From contig NZ_AP028907.1 in assembly GCF_036323395.1 (NCBI RefSeq), positions 960,001 through 992,000 of the forward strand: a DNA stretch of 32,000 nucleotides. The letters are read 5' to 3'. Shown here in pieces: positions 23,243-31,705 of this stretch (positions within the stretch are counted from its first letter, which is position 1; each line of letters opens with the position of its first letter). The notes under the pieces are model-generated. The model did no database searches. It saw only the letters and a program-made list of their open reading frames with translations, and was not told where the DNA came from. This DNA is from Pyrodictium abyssi. Its GTDB lineage: Archaea; Thermoproteota; Thermoprotei_A; Sulfolobales; Pyrodictiaceae. The position numbers were made by a program, and so were the translations under genes.

Positions 23243-23903
23243 CCAGCAGCGTAGGGGCCAAAGAGGAGGACGCACCCCTCTTTTCCGCCCCGCTTTGGGG
23301 CCTTGCGGCGGAAATGCCAGCATCTACGCCAGTAACCTGTGCCTGCTTCATAGCCGTCGGCGCGGCTACTGGCACGGCGCCGGCTCTAGGCGGCTCTCCG
23401 GGGTTTGGCTCGGGGTTTAGAAGGTGTAGCGGGTCCACAATGGTGTCCGCTTGGCTGCTCCTGCGGAGTGTCTGCTCCTGGCTAGGGGTAGTGTTAGCGC
23501 TGCTAGTGTCTCCCCCGGGGGGCGGGCTCTTAGCCAGCTCCGGGGGTGCGACGCGTAGCACGGCTCTGCAGCCGGCCGTGTCTACTACCAGTTCTAGCCC
23601 GGTGTTGAGCGGCAGAGCCGTGGCCGTGTAGGCTCTGAGGCATGTATCGTTGAGCTGCTCTACCTGGAGCGGGACGATATAGGCGTGCGCTTCGCTGAGT
23701 CTTGCCTCGACGTGTGTAGCGGTGCTGGGGCCTAGGCATATGGTGATGGCTGCCCGGTAGCCGGTGGCTACGCCGGGTAGGGGCTCAACTAGCTCGGCAA
23801 CGGCTGTGGCTTGTAGGCTGCAGGTGGAGTTGTCTATGCTCACTGCAACCGGGGCTAGCGCGTAGAGGAGTACCGCGAGGTGTAGTACAGCGGTCGCCTC
23901 CAT
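23154..23903 (-). CDS. Orphan predicted secreted/membrane-anchored protein (signal peptide, Cys-containing ectodomain, S/T/P-rich stalk, C-terminal TM helix)
   Basis: The track ORF (to 24173) overlaps tmcA. The internal ATG at 23903 gives MEATAVLHLAVLLYALAPVAVS, which is signal-peptide-like. The ectodomain has four Cys and N-x-S/T sequons (NST, NDT, NTT). A PPPGGDTSSANTTPSQEQ stalk follows, then LAPTLLVIGSAVLLLDYLLDYL. I recognised no homology. Confidence 0.45.
   Translation of the reverse strand: MEATAVLHLAVLLYALAPVAVSIDNSTCSLQATAVAELVEPLPGVATGYRAAITICLGPSTATHVEARLSEAHAYIVPLQVEQLNDTCLRAYTATALPLNTGLELVVDTAGCRAVLRVAPPELAKSPPPGGDTSSANTTPSQEQTLRRSSQADTIVDPLHLLNPEPNPGEPPRAGAVPVAAPTAMKQAQVTGVDAGISAARPQSGAEKRGASSSLAPTLLVIGSAVLLLDYLLDYLSCSRPSWLQRRGA
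23195..23218. repeat. Perfect tandem 12-mer ATAGATAGTCTA x2
   Basis: Read directly from the sequence (23195-23206 and 23207-23218). It encodes IDSL-IDSL on the + strand and LDYL-LDYL on the - strand, inside the overlap of two convergent ORFs. Confidence 0.85.
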
Positions 23904-23959
23904 AGCGGCTCTTCCTTCGCGCCCCGGTAAGAGTGCAGGTGAGGTGGTCCCGCGGTATA

Positions 23960-26164
23960 TTATGCTAGCCTGTTGTGCTGCATCGCGGCGAGCTGCTCTA
24001 GCACCCGGCGTAGACTCTCCCGGGCCTCCTGGAGGGATACGCGGAGCCCGGCAGCTATGTCGCTCATGGTCTTGCCCTGGAGCACCCGCGCGGCCACGAT
24101 CCAGCGGTCCTTCTCCTCGAAGGGCTCCCGGAGCCCGCCGCTGGCCAGCACGTGGTTGACCAGTAGTAGCCACAGCACGTCGAGCACAGCCTCTACGTCT
24201 AGCTGGCCCTCGAGGGCCCGGCTTAGGCGGTGCCGCTGTTCCTCGGTGAGGCCTGCTAGCGGCTGCTGGGCTAGCTCCGGGGCGCCCTCGAGGACGGCTG
24301 CGTAGGCCTCGGCTGTGAGGCCCCGGTAGAGGCTGTGCCCGGCTAGGAGTAGCTTCCGCAGCGTATCCCGCGCAGCGGTTAGGACCACCTCTTCGCCGAG
24401 GCCGGATAGGGGCCTGGCCACGGCTATGTTGTGCTCTCCGGTCGCCTTGCTGGGCAGCGGCGACACGTAGACCACGTAGAAGCCGTTGCGGCGCCAGAAG
24501 CCGAGCACATCCGGCTGCCCGAAGACGGCACCCAGCCAGTCCAGCCCCATGCCACGGGCCTGCTCCTCCACGTAGCCTAGTAGGCGGGTGCCTAGCCCGC
24601 GGCGCTGTAGCCCGGGGTGCACAGCTATCCTGACCACGCGTAGGCCCCGGGCCCTGGTGGCGCTTGGCGACGCTTGCGCCAGGAGGTCCGGCATTATCCG
24701 GGCCTCGTAGGCGGTGTCCCAGTCCTCCAGGGAGGCGTCTACGACGGCCACGGGCGTGTCGTCGGCTAGGAGCGCGTAGAGACGGTGGTGCGGGGCATCG
24801 AGGATGAGCGCCAGGTCGTCCGGCTCGTTCCGGTAGTGGGCCTGCACCAGTATCCCGTAGACCCGCGACAACAGCGTGTAGTCGTCCGCCAGCTTCACCC
24901 GGTCCAGCTCGAGGGCCTCGAGCCTCCCTGGGGGCCAGCGCGGCGGCGGGGGAGCCTCGGCCCGGAGCATGAACGTCTCATAGAGCCACTCCTCCAGGGG
25001 GTCGCCCGGCGGGTAGCGGACCGGGTGCTCCAGCCATACCACGAGCCGGGGCTCCGGCAGTATCGCCTCCACCATCTTCGCGAGTACCCGGCCGCTCCCC
25101 TCGTAGCCGTGTATCGTCGTGGCTGCTAGCAGCCTGGGGCTGCGGGATGCGAGGCGCCTCAGCCTCATCGGCCCGAGCGCCGCGGCCTCGTCCACTATGG
25201 TGAAGGCGCCTGGCTCCACGCGGTCCGGGGTATGGTAGCGGAAGTGGAACCAGGGCCCCGCGACGCCGAGCACGAGGCCGCCGCGCTCCATGGTCCAGTG
25301 GCGTACCCCGAGCCTGGCCAGCGCCGCGCCGAGTACCCGGAAGAACCCCTGTACGCTCCCGGGGCTCGGCGCGGTGACGGGGACGAAGCCGACCATGTGG
25401 CTAGCCGCGAGGTAGGCTGCTACCAGGCCTAGTAGCCCCGACTTGCCCCGGCCACGGTCCCCGGTGACGAGCACGCTGCGGCCTCTCCTACGGATGTGGA
25501 GGACTATCTCGTCCAGCGCGCGGGCCTGGTCGAGAGTGGCGGCCGCCTCTAGAAGGCGGCGGTGGACCGGGCTACGGGCCCGGTAGCTCTCGGGGCCCGG
25601 CGGCGCCTGGGCCCGGCCCGGCGGCAGCGCCTGCCGGTACACGATGCTGGCGTCGTAGTCGGCCCAGAACAGCGCCCTCGCGGCGCCTAGCCTGTTGACC
25701 AGGTAGCGGCGGTAGGCGCCTATGCTCTCGTCTCCGCCGGGCCTCCACTCCCCCAGAGGCGGCACGGCCAGCGCTACCACGCCGCCGCCACGCACGGTCT
25801 CAGCAGCAGCGGCCAGCAGGTTGGGCCGCAGGAGCCGCGGCACGACGAGGACTACGGCGCTGTTCTCGGTCCCGAGCAGCCGGTCTATTGCGCCCGGGCT
25901 CTCGAGCCTGCTGCAGTCGCCCCGGAGGGGCTCCCGGGCCTCGCGGGGCGCTATGCAGAGCACGTCGCCGTACACGTCGCGGAGGATGCGCGCTAGCAGG
26001 CTCCCCGCGTAGACCGGTGAGACGGAGTGGAGCACCACCAGGCCACGGTACCCGCCGGTGGCCTGTAGCTCCTCTAGCCAGCTCCGGAGCGCTGCAGTGA
26101 TACCGGCCACTGTCCTCTGCCCCAGGGGCCGTGGAGGGCTCTCGGCATAATAGCCTCGGCTCAT
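23960..26164 (-). CDS. tmcA: tRNA/RNA cytidine N4-acetyltransferase TmcA (Nat10/Kre33 homologue)
   Basis: 734-aa ORF. It has a helicase-type Walker A (VTGDRGRGKSGLLG), a DEAA Walker-B-like motif (FTIVDEAAALG) and a GNAT acetyl-CoA motif (RIAVHPGLQRRGLGTRLL). Size and domain order are typical of TmcA. Confidence 0.85.
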   Translation of the reverse strand: MSRGYYAESPPRPLGQRTVAGITAALRSWLEELQATGGYRGLVVLHSVSPVYAGSLLARILRDVYGDVLCIAPREAREPLRGDCSRLESPGAIDRLLGTENSAVVLVVPRLLRPNLLAAAAETVRGGGVVALAVPPLGEWRPGGDESIGAYRRYLVNRLGAARALFWADYDASIVYRQALPPGRAQAPPGPESYRARSPVHRRLLEAAATLDQARALDEIVLHIRRRGRSVLVTGDRGRGKSGLLGLVAAYLAASHMVGFVPVTAPSPGSVQGFFRVLGAALARLGVRHWTMERGGLVLGVAGPWFHFRYHTPDRVEPGAFTIVDEAAALGPMRLRRLASRSPRLLAATTIHGYEGSGRVLAKMVEAILPEPRLVVWLEHPVRYPPGDPLEEWLYETFMLRAEAPPPPRWPPGRLEALELDRVKLADDYTLLSRVYGILVQAHYRNEPDDLALILDAPHHRLYALLADDTPVAVVDASLEDWDTAYEARIMPDLLAQASPSATRARGLRVVRIAVHPGLQRRGLGTRLLGYVEEQARGMGLDWLGAVFGQPDVLGFWRRNGFYVVYVSPLPSKATGEHNIAVARPLSGLGEEVVLTAARDTLRKLLLAGHSLYRGLTAEAYAAVLEGAPELAQQPLAGLTEEQRHRLSRALEGQLDVEAVLDVLWLLLVNHVLASGGLREPFEEKDRWIVAARVLQGKTMSDIAAGLRVSLQEARESLRRVLEQLAAMQHNRLA

Positions 26165-26194
26165 GCCTTCCTAGTGTGTGGAGGCAGCGCTGCT

Positions 26195-27307
26195 ATGCAG
26201 GCCGAGCTAGAGGTGTTCTTCAGGCTCCTCAAGAGGCTCTCCGACGCCTTCGGCGTGTCGGGCTACGAGGACGAGGTAAGAGGCATAGTCATAGACGAGC
26301 TGCGCGAGGCGGCCGACGAGCTACGCGTCGACAAGCTCGGCAACGTCATAGCTGTGAAGAAGGGCGAGCGCGGCGGCATCAAGGTCCTCTGGGACAGCCA
26401 CATGGACGAGATAGGCTTCTTCGTTAAGAGCATCGATGACCGGGGCTTCATCTACCTCTCCCCGGTCGGCGGCTGGAGCGAGCGCGTGCTGCCGGGCCAG
26501 AGGGTCCGGATACTCACCGACGACGGCCGCATAGTCCGCGGCGTCATAGGGATAAAGCCGCCGCACCTAATGAAGCCCGAAGAGAGGAACCAGGTAGTCC
26601 CGCTCGACAGGCTCTTCGTCGACATAGGCGCGTCGAGCCGCGAGGAGGTCGAGCGCGCCGGGATCCGGGTCGGCAGCCCGGTTGACCTGGACCGCGAGGC
26701 TATGATGCTGCTGGGCGACCGGGTGACCGGCAAGGCCTTCGACGACAGGGTAGGCGTGGCCGTGCTGATAAAGGCGTTCAAGGAGATAGACGGGTTCGAG
26801 CCCACGGTGTACCTGGTGGCCGCCGTCCAGGAGGAGGTCGGGCTGAAAGGCGCCCGCGTCGCAGCCCAGCAGATCGGCCCCGACGCGGCGATAGCGGTGG
26901 ACGTGACCACGGCTAACGACGTGCCGGGCGTGGAGCCGAAGGACCAGGTGGCCAGGCTCGGCGGCGGCCCCGTGATCAAGGTGGCTGACGGCAGGAACGC
27001 GTCCGGGCTGATAGCCCACCCGAAGATGCTCCGCCTGCTCATAGAGGCGGCGCGGAGCGAGGGCATACCCCACCAGCTCAGCATACTACCCGGAGGCACC
27101 ACGGACGCGACAACGATAGCCCTCACCGGCGAGGGCGTGCCGAGCGCAGTGGTAGCGGTGCCCACGCGCTACATACACAGCCCGGTAGAGCTGCTAAGCC
27201 TAGGCGACGCCGTCAACGCCGCCCGGCTGGTCATGGCGGCGACCCGGCGCATGACCCGGGAGTGGTACGAGCGCGAGATACTCTGGGGCGCCCGGCTCAA
27301 GGCCTAG
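26195..27307 (+). CDS. M42-family (TET/FrvX-type) aminopeptidase
   Basis: LLKRLSDAFGVSGYEDEVRGIVIDEL...DKLGNVIAVKKG...SHMDEIGF...GKAFDDRVG...VQEEVGLKGA...RYIHSP is the classic M42 motif set. The ATG at 26195 is preceded by GGAGG. The track start at GTG 26174 is less likely. Confidence 0.85.
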   Translation: MQAELEVFFRLLKRLSDAFGVSGYEDEVRGIVIDELREAADELRVDKLGNVIAVKKGERGGIKVLWDSHMDEIGFFVKSIDDRGFIYLSPVGGWSERVLPGQRVRILTDDGRIVRGVIGIKPPHLMKPEERNQVVPLDRLFVDIGASSREEVERAGIRVGSPVDLDREAMMLLGDRVTGKAFDDRVGVAVLIKAFKEIDGFEPTVYLVAAVQEEVGLKGARVAAQQIGPDAAIAVDVTTANDVPGVEPKDQVARLGGGPVIKVADGRNASGLIAHPKMLRLLIEAARSEGIPHQLSILPGGTTDATTIALTGEGVPSAVVAVPTRYIHSPVELLSLGDAVNAARLVMAATRRMTREWYEREILWGARLKA

Positions 27308-27399
27308 CCCCGCGGAGCCGGCGCCGCCCCCGCGTAGCGCCCGCCGGTTTTCCGTGCAGCCGGGGCCACTCTCCCCTCTGGTAGGAGGCAGGGCCAGTC

Positions 27400-28956
27400 A
27401 TGGAGACGGGTATCGAGGAGAAGCTCCGGGAGCTGCGCGAGCTCCGCCGCCGCGCCATGGAGGGCGGCGGGCCCGACAAGGTGAGGCGGCAGCGCGAGAA
27501 GGGCAAGCTGCTAGCCCGCGAGCGGATAGAGGCGCTCCTCGACCCCGGCAGCTTCCAGGAGATAGGCTGGCTGGTGACTACGCGTAGCAGCCTCTTCGGC
27601 CTCGACAAGAGCCGGGTGCCCGGCGACGGCGTGGTAGCGGGCTTCGGCCGGGTCGACGGCCGCCCGGTCTACGTGTTCGCCCAGGACTTCACGGTGATGG
27701 GCGGTAGTATAGGCGAGATGCACGCCGAGAAGATAGTGCGCACCATAGAGCTGGCGGTGAAGAGCGGCGTCCCCGTCATAGGCATGTGGGACTCCGGCGG
27801 CGCCCGCATCCAGGAGGGCGTCGCCGCGCTCCACGGCGTCGGCCGGATACTCAACGCGATTATACAGGCTAGCGGCGTGATCCCCCAGATATCGCTCGTC
27901 CTCGGCCCCTCGGCGGGCGGCGCAGCCTACGCCCCAGCCCTCATGGACTTCACGGTGGTCGTCGACCGGATAACCTACATGTTCATAACCGGGCCCGACG
28001 TCGTGCGGGAGGTCACCGGCGAGGACGTGGGCTTCGAGGAGCTAGGCGGCGCGCGGGTGCACAGCGAGCGGAGCGGGGTCGCGCACTTCCGCGCCTCTAG
28101 CGAGGAGGAGGCCTTCGAGACCGTCCGGCGGCTCCTCAGCTACCTGCCCGACAACAACGAGGCGCTCCTCCCCATAGAAGACACCGGGGACCCGGTGGAC
28201 CGCCAGGACCCAGAGCTCGACGCCATCATACCCCCGGACCCGATGAAGCCCTACGACGTGAGGGAGGTGCTGGAGCGGGTATTCGACGCCGGTAGCCTGC
28301 TCGAGGTCCAGAGCGAGTGGGGCACAAGCATAGTGACCGCGTTCGCCCGGCTCGGCGGCATACCGGTCTGCGTGGTGGCTAGCCAGCCCCTGGTGATGAG
28401 CGGCGCGATAGACATAGACGCGTCGTGCAAGGCGGCCCGCTTCGTGAGGTTCTGCGACGCCTTCAACCTCCCCGTGGTGACGTTCGTGGACGTGCCCGGC
28501 TACATGCCGGGGACGAGCCAGGAGCACGGCGGCATAATAAGGCATGGTGCTAAGATGCTCTACGCGTACGCGGAGGCCACGGTGCCGAAGATAACCGTGG
28601 TCCTCAGGAAGGCGTACGGCGGCGCCTACATATCCATGGGGAGCAAGTCGATGGGCGCGGACCTGGTCCTCGCCTGGCCCACAGCCGAGATAGCCGTGCT
28701 CGGCGCGGAGGCGGCTGTGAGGATACTCTACCGCCGCCAGCTAGCCCGGGCCGAGGACCCGGAGAAGCTGCGCCGCCAGCTGGTAGAGGAGTACCGCAGG
28801 ACGTTCCTCAACCCCTACCGGGCGGCCGAGCTGGGCCTCATCGACGACGTGATAGAGCCCCGGGAGACCCGGCCGAAGCTCTACCAGGCGCTGGCCGTGC
28901 TGCTGAAGAAGCGGGAGCACAGGGCCCCCAGGAAGCACGGGAACATACCGCTCTAG
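27400..28956 (+). CDS. pccB: Acyl-CoA carboxylase carboxyltransferase subunit (PccB/AccD-like; acetyl/propionyl-CoA carboxylase beta)
   Basis: 518-aa ORF with carboxyltransferase hallmarks: GKLLARERIEALLDPGSF, VFAQDFTVMGGSIGEMH, SGGARIQEG, GPSAGGAAY, DVPGYMPG, and ITVVLRKAYGGAYI. Confidence 0.9.
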   Translation: METGIEEKLRELRELRRRAMEGGGPDKVRRQREKGKLLARERIEALLDPGSFQEIGWLVTTRSSLFGLDKSRVPGDGVVAGFGRVDGRPVYVFAQDFTVMGGSIGEMHAEKIVRTIELAVKSGVPVIGMWDSGGARIQEGVAALHGVGRILNAIIQASGVIPQISLVLGPSAGGAAYAPALMDFTVVVDRITYMFITGPDVVREVTGEDVGFEELGGARVHSERSGVAHFRASSEEEAFETVRRLLSYLPDNNEALLPIEDTGDPVDRQDPELDAIIPPDPMKPYDVREVLERVFDAGSLLEVQSEWGTSIVTAFARLGGIPVCVVASQPLVMSGAIDIDASCKAARFVRFCDAFNLPVVTFVDVPGYMPGTSQEHGGIIRHGAKMLYAYAEATVPKITVVLRKAYGGAYISMGSKSMGADLVLAWPTAEIAVLGAEAAVRILYRRQLARAEDPEKLRRQLVEEYRRTFLNPYRAAELGLIDDVIEPRETRPKLYQALAVLLKKREHRAPRKHGNIPL

Positions 28957-29420
28957 CCCCGCTCCTCGCACTTTATCCTCGCGACTACGCCTCCCCTGTC
29001 TACGCCCCTCCCGGCCTCGGCTATCTCCTCGACTACGCCGTGGCAGGGGGCGTGAACCTCGTTAACCATCTTCATGGTCTCGAGGAGGGCTATGACCTGG
29101 CCCTCTGTGACCCGGTCGCCCACCCTGGCCCGGGCCTCGACCACCTTGACCGGGAGCCGGGCCCGTATAGCCCCCGACTCGTCGACCGAGACCAGCCAGT
29201 CCTCGCGGCGGCCCCGCGTCCTCTGGCCCCTGTGGACGGCGCCGGGCCGGAGCGAGGCCAGGTGGTAGCTCCCGTACGGGGTCTCCAGGACGTCGCCGAC
29301 GAGCCGCGCCTGGATGGTGACTATCCGGCCGCCTACCTCGAGCCGGGCCTCGTATAGCCCGGGCGCGGTCTCCCGCAGCTCTAGGAGCCTAGCCCCTCCA
29401 GGGCGGCCATGGCCACCCAT
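28953..29420 (-). CDS. accB: Biotin carboxyl carrier protein (BCCP)
   Basis: The C-terminal biotinyl domain carries the biotinylation motif LETMKMVNEVHAP (E-x-M-K-M). It overlaps accC by 32 nt and shares a CTAG stop with pccB. Confidence 0.85.
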   Translation of the reverse strand: MGGHGRPGGARLLELRETAPGLYEARLEVGGRIVTIQARLVGDVLETPYGSYHLASLRPGAVHRGQRTRGRREDWLVSVDESGAIRARLPVKVVEARARVGDRVTEGQVIALLETMKMVNEVHAPCHGVVEEIAEAGRGVDRGGVVARIKCEERG

Positions 29421-30873
29421 AGCTGTGGCTCACCACTGCGAGCCGGGGTGCGGCCGCAGCGCCTCCGCGGAGCCCGTTGCCGTGGGCGTGTAGCTGGGAG
29501 GCTATAGCGGCTGCGAGCGCGCGCCTCTCCTCCGCGGCCTCTAGCAGCTCGGGGAGCCGCTCCTCGAGCAGGGTTGTCGAGTACTCGCCGTCGGCGAACC
29601 AGGGGCTCTCCACCACGACGCGGAGCAGGTCGAGGTTGGTCTCGACCCCGGCCACCACCATCTCGCGGAGCGCGGCCCGGAGCCTAGCCACGGCCTCGCC
29701 CCTGTCCATGCCCCTCGCTATCACCTTGGCGAGGAGGGTGTCGTAGCGGCTCGAGACGCGCTGGCCCTCCTCGACGCCCGAGTCTACGCGGATGCCGGGG
29801 CCCCGTGGCTCCCGGTACCTGGTGACCACGCCCTCGGAGGCCTGGAACCCGGCCCAGGGGTCCTCGGCGTAGATCCTCGCCTCTATCGCCCAGCCGTGGA
29901 GCCGGACGTCGCTCTGGCGTAGCGGCAGCCGGTTCCCCGCCGCCACGAGGAGCTGCATCTTGACTATGTCGACGCCGGTGACCTCCTCTGTGACACCGTG
30001 CTCCACCTGGAGCCTCGTGTTGGCCTCTATGAAGTAGGCGTTCCCATGCCGGTCCACGATGAACTCTACGGTGCCGGCGCTGGTGTAGCCCACGTGCTCG
30101 GCCAGCCGGAGGGCGTAGCCCAGGAGCCTCTCCCGTAGCCCGGGGATCCTCTCGGCCAGGGGGCTGGGCGCCTCCTCGACCACCTTCTGGCGGCGGCGCT
30201 GGAGCGAGCACTCCCTCTCGTAGAGGTGGAGGACCCTGCCGTCCTCGTCGCCGAGGACCTGGACCTCGATGTGCCGCGGCGCCTCTATGTAGCGCTCCAC
30301 GTAGACCTCGCCGCCGTCGCCGAAGCCGAGCCTCGCCTCGACCGCTACCAGCCTGTAGAGGCTCGCCGCCTCGCCGGGGCGCCGGGCCACCCTCATGCCG
30401 CGGCCGCCGCCGGCCCTGGAGGCCTTGAGCACCACGGGGTAGCCTATCTTCTCGGCGCAGGCCTCGGCCTCCTCGGGACTCGTGGCCCGGCACCAGGGCA
30501 GCGTCGGGACGCCGAGCCTCTCAGCCAGCGCCTTGGCGCTCGCCTTGTCGCCCAGCATCCTCATGGCCTTGGGGTGTGGCCCGGCCCAGGAGAGCCCCGC
30601 GTCGAGCACCCTTTCGGCGAACTCGGGGCTCTCGGAGAGGAACCCGTAGCCCGGGTGCACCACGTCCGCGCCGGTCTTGACCGCAGCCTCTATGATGGAG
30701 TCCATGTCGGTGTAGCTCCTCACGGGGACCGAGACTATGCCGGCCAGGACGTGGGGGCTAGCACGGTCGGCATCCTCGTATATCGTGACTGGCTCCCAGC
30801 CGAGCTCCCGCGCGGCACGGGCCACGCGGATAGCGACTTCGCCGCGCGCCGCTATCAGCACCCTCCTGGCCAC
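29389..30873 (-). CDS. accC: Biotin carboxylase subunit
   Basis: RVLIAARGEVAIRVARAARELG, HPGYGFLSE, an ATP-grasp region (GYPVVLKASRAGGGRGMRV) and EANTRLQVEHGVTE. The track ORF extends to 31035, across the AT-rich promoter. The GTG at 30873 (VARRVLIAARGE) matches the usual N-terminus. Confidence 0.9.
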   Translation of the reverse strand: MARRVLIAARGEVAIRVARAARELGWEPVTIYEDADRASPHVLAGIVSVPVRSYTDMDSIIEAAVKTGADVVHPGYGFLSESPEFAERVLDAGLSWAGPHPKAMRMLGDKASAKALAERLGVPTLPWCRATSPEEAEACAEKIGYPVVLKASRAGGGRGMRVARRPGEAASLYRLVAVEARLGFGDGGEVYVERYIEAPRHIEVQVLGDEDGRVLHLYERECSLQRRRQKVVEEAPSPLAERIPGLRERLLGYALRLAEHVGYTSAGTVEFIVDRHGNAYFIEANTRLQVEHGVTEEVTGVDIVKMQLLVAAGNRLPLRQSDVRLHGWAIEARIYAEDPWAGFQASEGVVTRYREPRGPGIRVDSGVEEGQRVSSRYDTLLAKVIARGMDRGEAVARLRAALREMVVAGVETNLDLLRVVVESPWFADGEYSTTLLEERLPELLEAAEERRALAAAIASQLHAHGNGLRGGAAAAPRLAVVSHSYGWPWPPWRG

Positions 30874-30924
30874 GGCCCTGGCACCCTTCCCCGATTCAAC
30901 ACGACCAAACCATGTATCTAAACG

Positions 30925-30938
30925 CTTATAAATATAAG
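30925..30938. promoter_or_regulatory. Palindromic TATA-like element CTTATA-AA-TATAAG between divergent accC and birA
   Basis: This is the only AT-rich block in an otherwise roughly 70-85% GC region. It lies 24 nt upstream of the birA GTG (30962) and 52 nt upstream of the accC GTG (30873). Confidence 0.5.
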
Positions 30939-30961
30939 GCTTAAGGCGGGAGGCGAAAGCC

Positions 30962-31705
30962 GTGTACGACAGTGGACGTAGATACGTTTGTATACCCCGG
31001 GGTATCACCGGGGCAGGGGCAAGACGCCTAGCCATAGAGGTCTACGACACCCTGGAATCCACCATGGACACGCCGCCCCCACGCTTCCCCGGCGTGACAA
31101 TAGCCCTCGAGCAGACAAGGGGCCGCGGCCGCCGCGGTAACACCTGGACAAGCCCCCGCGGCGGCGCCTGGCTAACAATCCACCTCCCCGGCCCTCCGCC
31201 CCAGGCGGCGCCCAGCCTCCTTCCAGTCGCCCTCGGCGGCTGCCTAGCCGAGGCCCTCGAGCAGCTCCCCGGCGTAGAGCCAGGGGCGATAAAGGTCAAG
31301 TGGCCCAACGACCTCTACACGGCTCGGGGCAAGCTAGCCGGCATACTAGTCGAGACAGCCGGCGACACGCTCCGGGTAGGCATAGGCGTCAACGTCTACA
31401 ACCAGGCACCGCCCGGCGCCGCGCGGCTAGCAGACCACGGCTACCGAGGCCCACTAGCCCTCGTATACCTAGCAGTAACAGAGGCAGTACTCACCTCCCT
31501 AGAGCAGCCACACCGGGGCCTACAGGCGGCAAGGGAGAGAGACATGCTCAGAGGCCTCCATGTAGTGCTAGAGACGCCTACCGGCAGGCTAGCCGGAGTA
31601 GCCAGGGGCGTCACTGACACCGGGGCACTCGCCCTAGAGACTAGCGAGGGCATAGTAGAGGCCTACTGCTGCACCGTACTGACGTGGAGAAGGCTCCCAG
31701 GCTAG
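30962..31705 (+). CDS. birA: Biotin--[acetyl-CoA-carboxylase] ligase (class I BPL, no N-terminal HTH)
   Basis: Contains the biotin-ligase signature TRGRGRRGNTWTSPRGG (GRGRxGRxWxSPxG), then KWPNDLY and GILVE. Length is 247 aa from the GTG at 30962. Confidence 0.8.
   Translation: MYDSGRRYVCIPRGITGAGARRLAIEVYDTLESTMDTPPPRFPGVTIALEQTRGRGRRGNTWTSPRGGAWLTIHLPGPPPQAAPSLLPVALGGCLAEALEQLPGVEPGAIKVKWPNDLYTARGKLAGILVETAGDTLRVGIGVNVYNQAPPGAARLADHGYRGPLALVYLAVTEAVLTSLEQPHRGLQAARERDMLRGLHVVLETPTGRLAGVARGVTDTGALALETSEGIVEAYCCTVLTWRRLPG

Noticed and set aside
23904-24173. N-terminal 90 codons of ORF 23154-24173
   Set aside because: This part overlaps the 3' end of tmcA and is R/G/P/A-rich. The signal-peptide-like Met at 23903 is a much better start.
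24785-30921. Many long ORFs antisense or off-frame to tmcA, the M42 peptidase, pccB, accB and accC (for example 26452-27165, 26567-27073, 28042-28545, 29684-30493, 30226-30921)
   Set aside because: They are expected artefacts of 70-85% GC DNA, where stop codons are rare. The peptides are dominated by R/G/P/A, and each is fully contained in a gene with unmistakable family motifs.
30874-31035. 54-codon N-terminal extension of the biotin carboxylase ORF
   Set aside because: The extension crosses the AT-rich promoter palindrome and overlaps birA. Biotin carboxylases normally begin right at the (K/R)VLIANRGE motif, which the GTG at 30873 provides.
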